Positions 60,649-64,000 of a DNA stretch of 64,000 bases are shown here, piece after piece (the first letter of the stretch is position 1; every line of letters begins with the position of its first letter). The stretch lies in NCBI GenBank assembly GCA_012522755.1, contig JAAYJV010000050.1, forward strand, positions 30,653 to 94,652, given 5' to 3'. Under the pieces are notes generated by a model. The model had not been told where the DNA came from, did no database searches, and worked only from the letters and a program-made list of their open reading frames with translations. Position numbers and translations under genes: made by a program. The DNA comes from Candidatus Hydrogenedens sp. Lineage in GTDB: Bacteria > Hydrogenedentota > Hydrogenedentia > Hydrogenedentales > CAITNO01.

Positions 60649-63219
60649 ATGCCTATGAAGAGCGTATTCGGCATCCTTCTTCCCATGCTGCTCATCTTTG
60701 GAATGGTACCTGTATCAAAAGCACAGGGAACAGACCTGACTTCTGCAGAGGTGGAAGAACTCTGGTTTGAACCCTGGTCTCTGGAAAAATCTGATACGGT
60801 TTTTCTGGAAACAGAAGACATTGCCGCAACTCCGGCAACAGAGCCTCTGAATCTTATCCTGCGTCTCAGCTCCAGAGTTCCCTATCAGCAGTGCCGGGTG
60901 ACCCTTCTGGTCTCTGATCAGCAGAAGACGATCGTACAGCGTCTGGAATCTGTCGCTGATCTGCATAGCGGTCTGAATGAATTTCATTTCCAATGGGACG
61001 GATATCCTCTGCAGCCGGGATTATATGACCTCAGTTTTACAGTGGATTATTCAGATGCCTTTCCCCCGCTGACGGCGCACAGTGTTTTACGGCGCATCAG
61101 CAGCACGGCCTGGCTTCAGGATCTGGAGCATTACAGAGCCACCTTGGACAAACTGAGCTCACATATTGCGGAGCTGCAGGATGCGGCTGTCTCCGAAGAG
61201 AGTTCCTCCCGACTTTCCCATCCCTACCTTGATTTGCGTTTGAAGATGGCCCGGCGTTCCTGGCATCAGGGTAAAAATGCGCTCTCCTGCGGGGACTGGC
61301 AAAAGTGTTCCCGAAATCTGGAATATCTGCAAACAGCCCTCCCTTCTCTGGAAGCGGCTCTGATTTTCAGTCCCAACCAGGCGGAATATCAGAATCTCCC
61401 TTTGGTTGAGCTTGGGACGGCTGCTTTGAAAGGATCCGGCTTCGAAGCATCGGGCTCTCCTCTTTTCCTTTTCGGTCTTTCTCTTCCCATTGCGTATACG
61501 GCCGGCTGGGACGCTTCTTCTCTGAAAGAGATGGCTGCTTGCATGCAACAACAGGGTCTGAATTTCTTCGTCTTGAATTGTCCCGTCACTCTGGATAATT
61601 CGGAAGTGTCCAGACTGGTTGAGCAGGCCGCTTCCGCTTCTGTCCGTGAAGACCTTCTGTGGATGCTTCAATTTCAGCAGGAAGAAATTCTGGGCAAGCT
61701 GATGGATGCGCAACCCACAGTACTGGAACCCGGTTTTGTGAATCTGGCCCATGAAGACTTCAATCAGGCCTACAAAGATCAGCTTTCCACAGTCTTGAGT
61801 CAGCTGGGAAGCAGCCGTGACCGGCTCATTGCCGTGAGTCTTGCAGAAAATCCGCGCTTTCATTATGATCGCGAAGAGGTGCGCCAGGCTTTCATCAAGA
61901 ACATTGAGGAAAAACATCCTGACAGGATGACTCTCAACCGTTTGTGGCATGCCAAACTGGCTTCTTATGATGAGATCACTATCTGGGGAAATCCGGAAGA
62001 AGACCACTATCACAGTCAGCGTGCCTATCAGTATGAATGGCAGATTTTTCACCGCTCACTGATCACCGATTTTTTCACTCGATTCAAGAACAGTCTGATA
62101 CCTCTGGCGGCTGATCTGCCCCTGTCGGTGACTCTGGCGGAAACAGCCTTTTCCCCTGGAGAAACACGTCACGCTGTCGGTCGTGAAGAAATAGCGGATC
62201 TCATGGATCTGCAGGCATGCAGGGTGAATTTTGCTCCCGGTACGGGCGTATATGCGTTGAATTATCCCGTTCCCAATGCTTATTTTTCCCTCATGCGCTC
62301 CCATGAACCCTCCAAAGCCGTGTTGAATCTCAGAGGTGATATCGATGTGAGCAGCTTGCTTCAGGCCGATGCCCGTTGTGCACTGGTAAGGGCTGCACTC
62401 TGGGAATCCGTAATGTCCGGAGCAACAGGCTTGGCCCTGCCTTATGATTCTTCCGTTTTGGACTGGCCCGATGCCTTTGAAGCTTTTGCTGAAACAGCGC
62501 TTCATATCAACAGACTGGGAAAGATTGTTTCCGCTTTTCAAGAAGAAAAAGCGCTGATCGGTATTCTTTTCAGCGAAGCCGCCAAAATCATGGATGATGG
62601 GGTTCCGCATCTGGAATCGACACGTTTCGCTTTCGAAGGAGCTTCCTTCGCCGGTTATTCCATTCAGTACCTGACAGAAAATCAAATGCTGCAAGGAGGT
62701 CTGGAGAAACTCCGGGTGCTGATCATGCCGGAGACCATGGCCATCTCAGACGCGGCCTTTGAAAAAATTGATGCCTATGTGGCTGATGGCGGGATGGTTG
62801 CCCGGGTGGGCACTCCCATTCCTTATAATGAAAGCGGCATATCACGGAGCGATGTCATCCGCACCAGTCCGAATACAGTGCTGGTACGGGGAATGAATCT
62901 GCCTACTGAATATCTGCATGCCATGGATGCCGTTCTGGATCGTGGCCGGCTCCCGCTCATCCCCCGGCCCATCAATGCATTCGGCTATCCACTGGAAGGA
63001 GTCCGTTCCCGTTACGTAAACCTTGGCGGTCATGATTATCTGTATATCATCAATCTGCGACATACGCCTGTATCAGTACATATCACAGGCGGACCGGACA
63101 CCGGGCGCGACTTGATTCTGTCACGGGACGTGAGCTTCCCCCGCCAGCTGGAATCTCTGGAAATGATGCTGATCCGTTTGGATTCTCCCGATCCGGCCAC
63201 GAATGTTGACATACGCTGA
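60649..63219 (+). CDS. Hypothetical secreted 856-aa protein with a region resembling the GH42 beta-galactosidase trimerisation (class-I glutamine-amidotransferase-like) domain
   Basis: Signal peptide 'MPMKSVFGILLPMLLIFGMVPVSKAQG'. 'LRVLIMPETMAISDAAFEKIDAYVADGGMVARVGTPIPYNE' matches the characteristic GH42M pattern (vLvlP..y.l.......l..yV..GG.lv). Confidence 0.5.
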   Translation: MPMKSVFGILLPMLLIFGMVPVSKAQGTDLTSAEVEELWFEPWSLEKSDTVFLETEDIAATPATEPLNLILRLSSRVPYQQCRVTLLVSDQQKTIVQRLESVADLHSGLNEFHFQWDGYPLQPGLYDLSFTVDYSDAFPPLTAHSVLRRISSTAWLQDLEHYRATLDKLSSHIAELQDAAVSEESSSRLSHPYLDLRLKMARRSWHQGKNALSCGDWQKCSRNLEYLQTALPSLEAALIFSPNQAEYQNLPLVELGTAALKGSGFEASGSPLFLFGLSLPIAYTAGWDASSLKEMAACMQQQGLNFFVLNCPVTLDNSEVSRLVEQAASASVREDLLWMLQFQQEEILGKLMDAQPTVLEPGFVNLAHEDFNQAYKDQLSTVLSQLGSSRDRLIAVSLAENPRFHYDREEVRQAFIKNIEEKHPDRMTLNRLWHAKLASYDEITIWGNPEEDHYHSQRAYQYEWQIFHRSLITDFFTRFKNSLIPLAADLPLSVTLAETAFSPGETRHAVGREEIADLMDLQACRVNFAPGTGVYALNYPVPNAYFSLMRSHEPSKAVLNLRGDIDVSSLLQADARCALVRAALWESVMSGATGLALPYDSSVLDWPDAFEAFAETALHINRLGKIVSAFQEEKALIGILFSEAAKIMDDGVPHLESTRFAFEGASFAGYSIQYLTENQMLQGGLEKLRVLIMPETMAISDAAFEKIDAYVADGGMVARVGTPIPYNESGISRSDVIRTSPNTVLVRGMNLPTEYLHAMDAVLDRGRLPLIPRPINAFGYPLEGVRSRYVNLGGHDYLYIINLRHTPVSVHITGGPDTGRDLILSRDVSFPRQLESLEMMLIRLDSPDPATNVDIR

Positions 63220-63246
63220 TCCTTTCAATCTGTTCTTTTTTTCCGG

Positions 63247-63268
63247 CTGCTTCCTCCCGGGGAAGCAG
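63247..63268 (+). terminator. Possible terminator hairpin CTGCTTCC-(6 nt)-GGAAGCAG 28 nt after the 856-aa gene stop (weak T-tract)
   Basis: 8-bp inverted repeat read directly, flanked by a T-run upstream and an A-run downstream. Confidence 0.25.
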
Positions 63269-63311
63269 TCTATTTAAAAACAGTCCTTATCAATTACGGA
63301 GCTTTGACACA

Positions 63312-64000
63312 ATGAAAATCACCCGTCATCTTTCCATCCTGTCGCCGGCTGGCTTGTCACTCCTGCTGTTTCTCTTCTGCGCTTTTGCCGTCATTGTCAA
63401 TCCCGATGCTGGAGCCGCTCTGATTGAAACAGAAGAAGAATTGGTCGCTCTGGAAGAGCCGCCCGCATTGCCCGCCAATATCAACCAGGAATCGGATCTT
63501 CATCTCGCTGTTGGAAAAGGAGAAGTCACTCTGCTGAATCTGTCTGATCCTGTACCCGTACCGGAGACGGTAATAGAAACAACAGATATCGAATATGGAC
63601 GGGTTGGTGACAGAGCGCTTCTTCTGGACTTGTACAGACCCGCCAGACAAGAGGGTCCCCAGCCCGGATTGATTTTCATTCATGGCGGAGGATGGTCGAG
63701 CGGGAAGAAAAGCGATTACAAATATTATACGGTCCGCTTTGCTCAGATGGGATTTGTTGTTGCAACGATCTCTTATCGTTTTGTGCAGGAAGCCCCCTTC
63801 CCCGCCTGCGTGGAAGATGCCAAATGTGCCGTGCGCTGGATGCGTGCTCATGCCGACGAATACGGCATCCGGGCCGATGCCATTGCAGTTGCAGGCGGTT
63901 CAGCCGGAGGGCATCTCGCCATGATGCTTGGTTATGCCGCTGATACTCCCGAGCTAGAAGGCAAAGGCGGTCATGAGCAATTCAGCAGTGCCGTACAAGC
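63312..64000 (+). CDS. Alpha/beta-hydrolase-fold esterase/lipase (HSL-like), 3'-partial; it runs off the window end and is not in the ORF track
   Basis: Signal peptide 'MKITRHLSILSPAGLSLLLFLFCAFAV'. 'IFIHGGGW' is the oxyanion-hole HGGG motif. 'VAGGSAGGHLA' is the GxSxG nucleophile elbow. There is no stop before 64000. Confidence 0.7.
   Translation, partial: MKITRHLSILSPAGLSLLLFLFCAFAVIVNPDAGAALIETEEELVALEEPPALPANINQESDLHLAVGKGEVTLLNLSDPVPVPETVIETTDIEYGRVGDRALLLDLYRPARQEGPQPGLIFIHGGGWSSGKKSDYKYYTVRFAQMGFVVATISYRFVQEAPFPACVEDAKCAVRWMRAHADEYGIRADAIAVAGGSAGGHLAMMLGYAADTPELEGKGGHEQFSSAVQ

Overview
This 64-kb window is chromosomal DNA at about 55-60% GC, probably from a PVC-superphylum bacterium (Verrucomicrobiota, Kiritimatiellota, Lentisphaerota or Planctomycetota-like). 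I infer this from the many Tat-signal Gfo/Idh/MocA oxidoreductases, the DUF1080 (3-keto-disaccharide hydrolase) domain proteins, an HPr/Enzyme I pair with no EII, and a complete mreBCD-mrdA-rodA operon. Most of the window is housekeeping: a 5'-partial GH57 glycoside hydrolase, ptsH-ptsI, hisI, rpmG, a LysE exporter, the pyrR-pyrB-pyrC operon, glpK, trkA-trkH, rnhB, tex, argS, trxB, ugd, an acyl-CoA ligase and a Ser/Thr kinase. Four things stand out. (1) A low-GC (about 35%) islet at about 19.95-22.05 kb carries a 330-aa unknown protein whose stop overlaps the start of a short AbiEii/DUF1814-like nucleotidyltransferase fragment by 4 nt, followed by an 80-aa ORF with a strong RBS. A perfect inverted-repeat operator lies upstream and a terminator closes the islet. 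This is a candidate (possibly decaying or novel) AbiE-like toxin-antitoxin / abortive-infection module. (2) A roughly 9-kb oxidative sugar-catabolic cluster (10.8-19.9 kb) contains two Tat-secreted and one cytoplasmic Gfo/Idh/MocA dehydrogenases, a sugar-phosphate isomerase/epimerase TIM-barrel, a 407-aa cupin-like unknown, and an unusual 938-aa HEAT-repeat-DUF1080 fusion. (3) An orphan [S]PPY-motif SAM methyltransferase has no ATG start and is packed 5 nt after trkH. (4) Several large secreted unknowns include a Kelch-like-repeat/LamG protein directly downstream of rodA. Two real small genes are absent from the ORF track because they fall below its 60-aa cutoff: rpmG (L33, 57 aa) and a 2x[4Fe-4S] ferredoxin (57 aa). 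I saw no tRNA or rRNA genes, no CRISPR array and no transposase. Coordinates for adjusted starts were derived by hand from the ORF track and sequence and may be off by a few nt.
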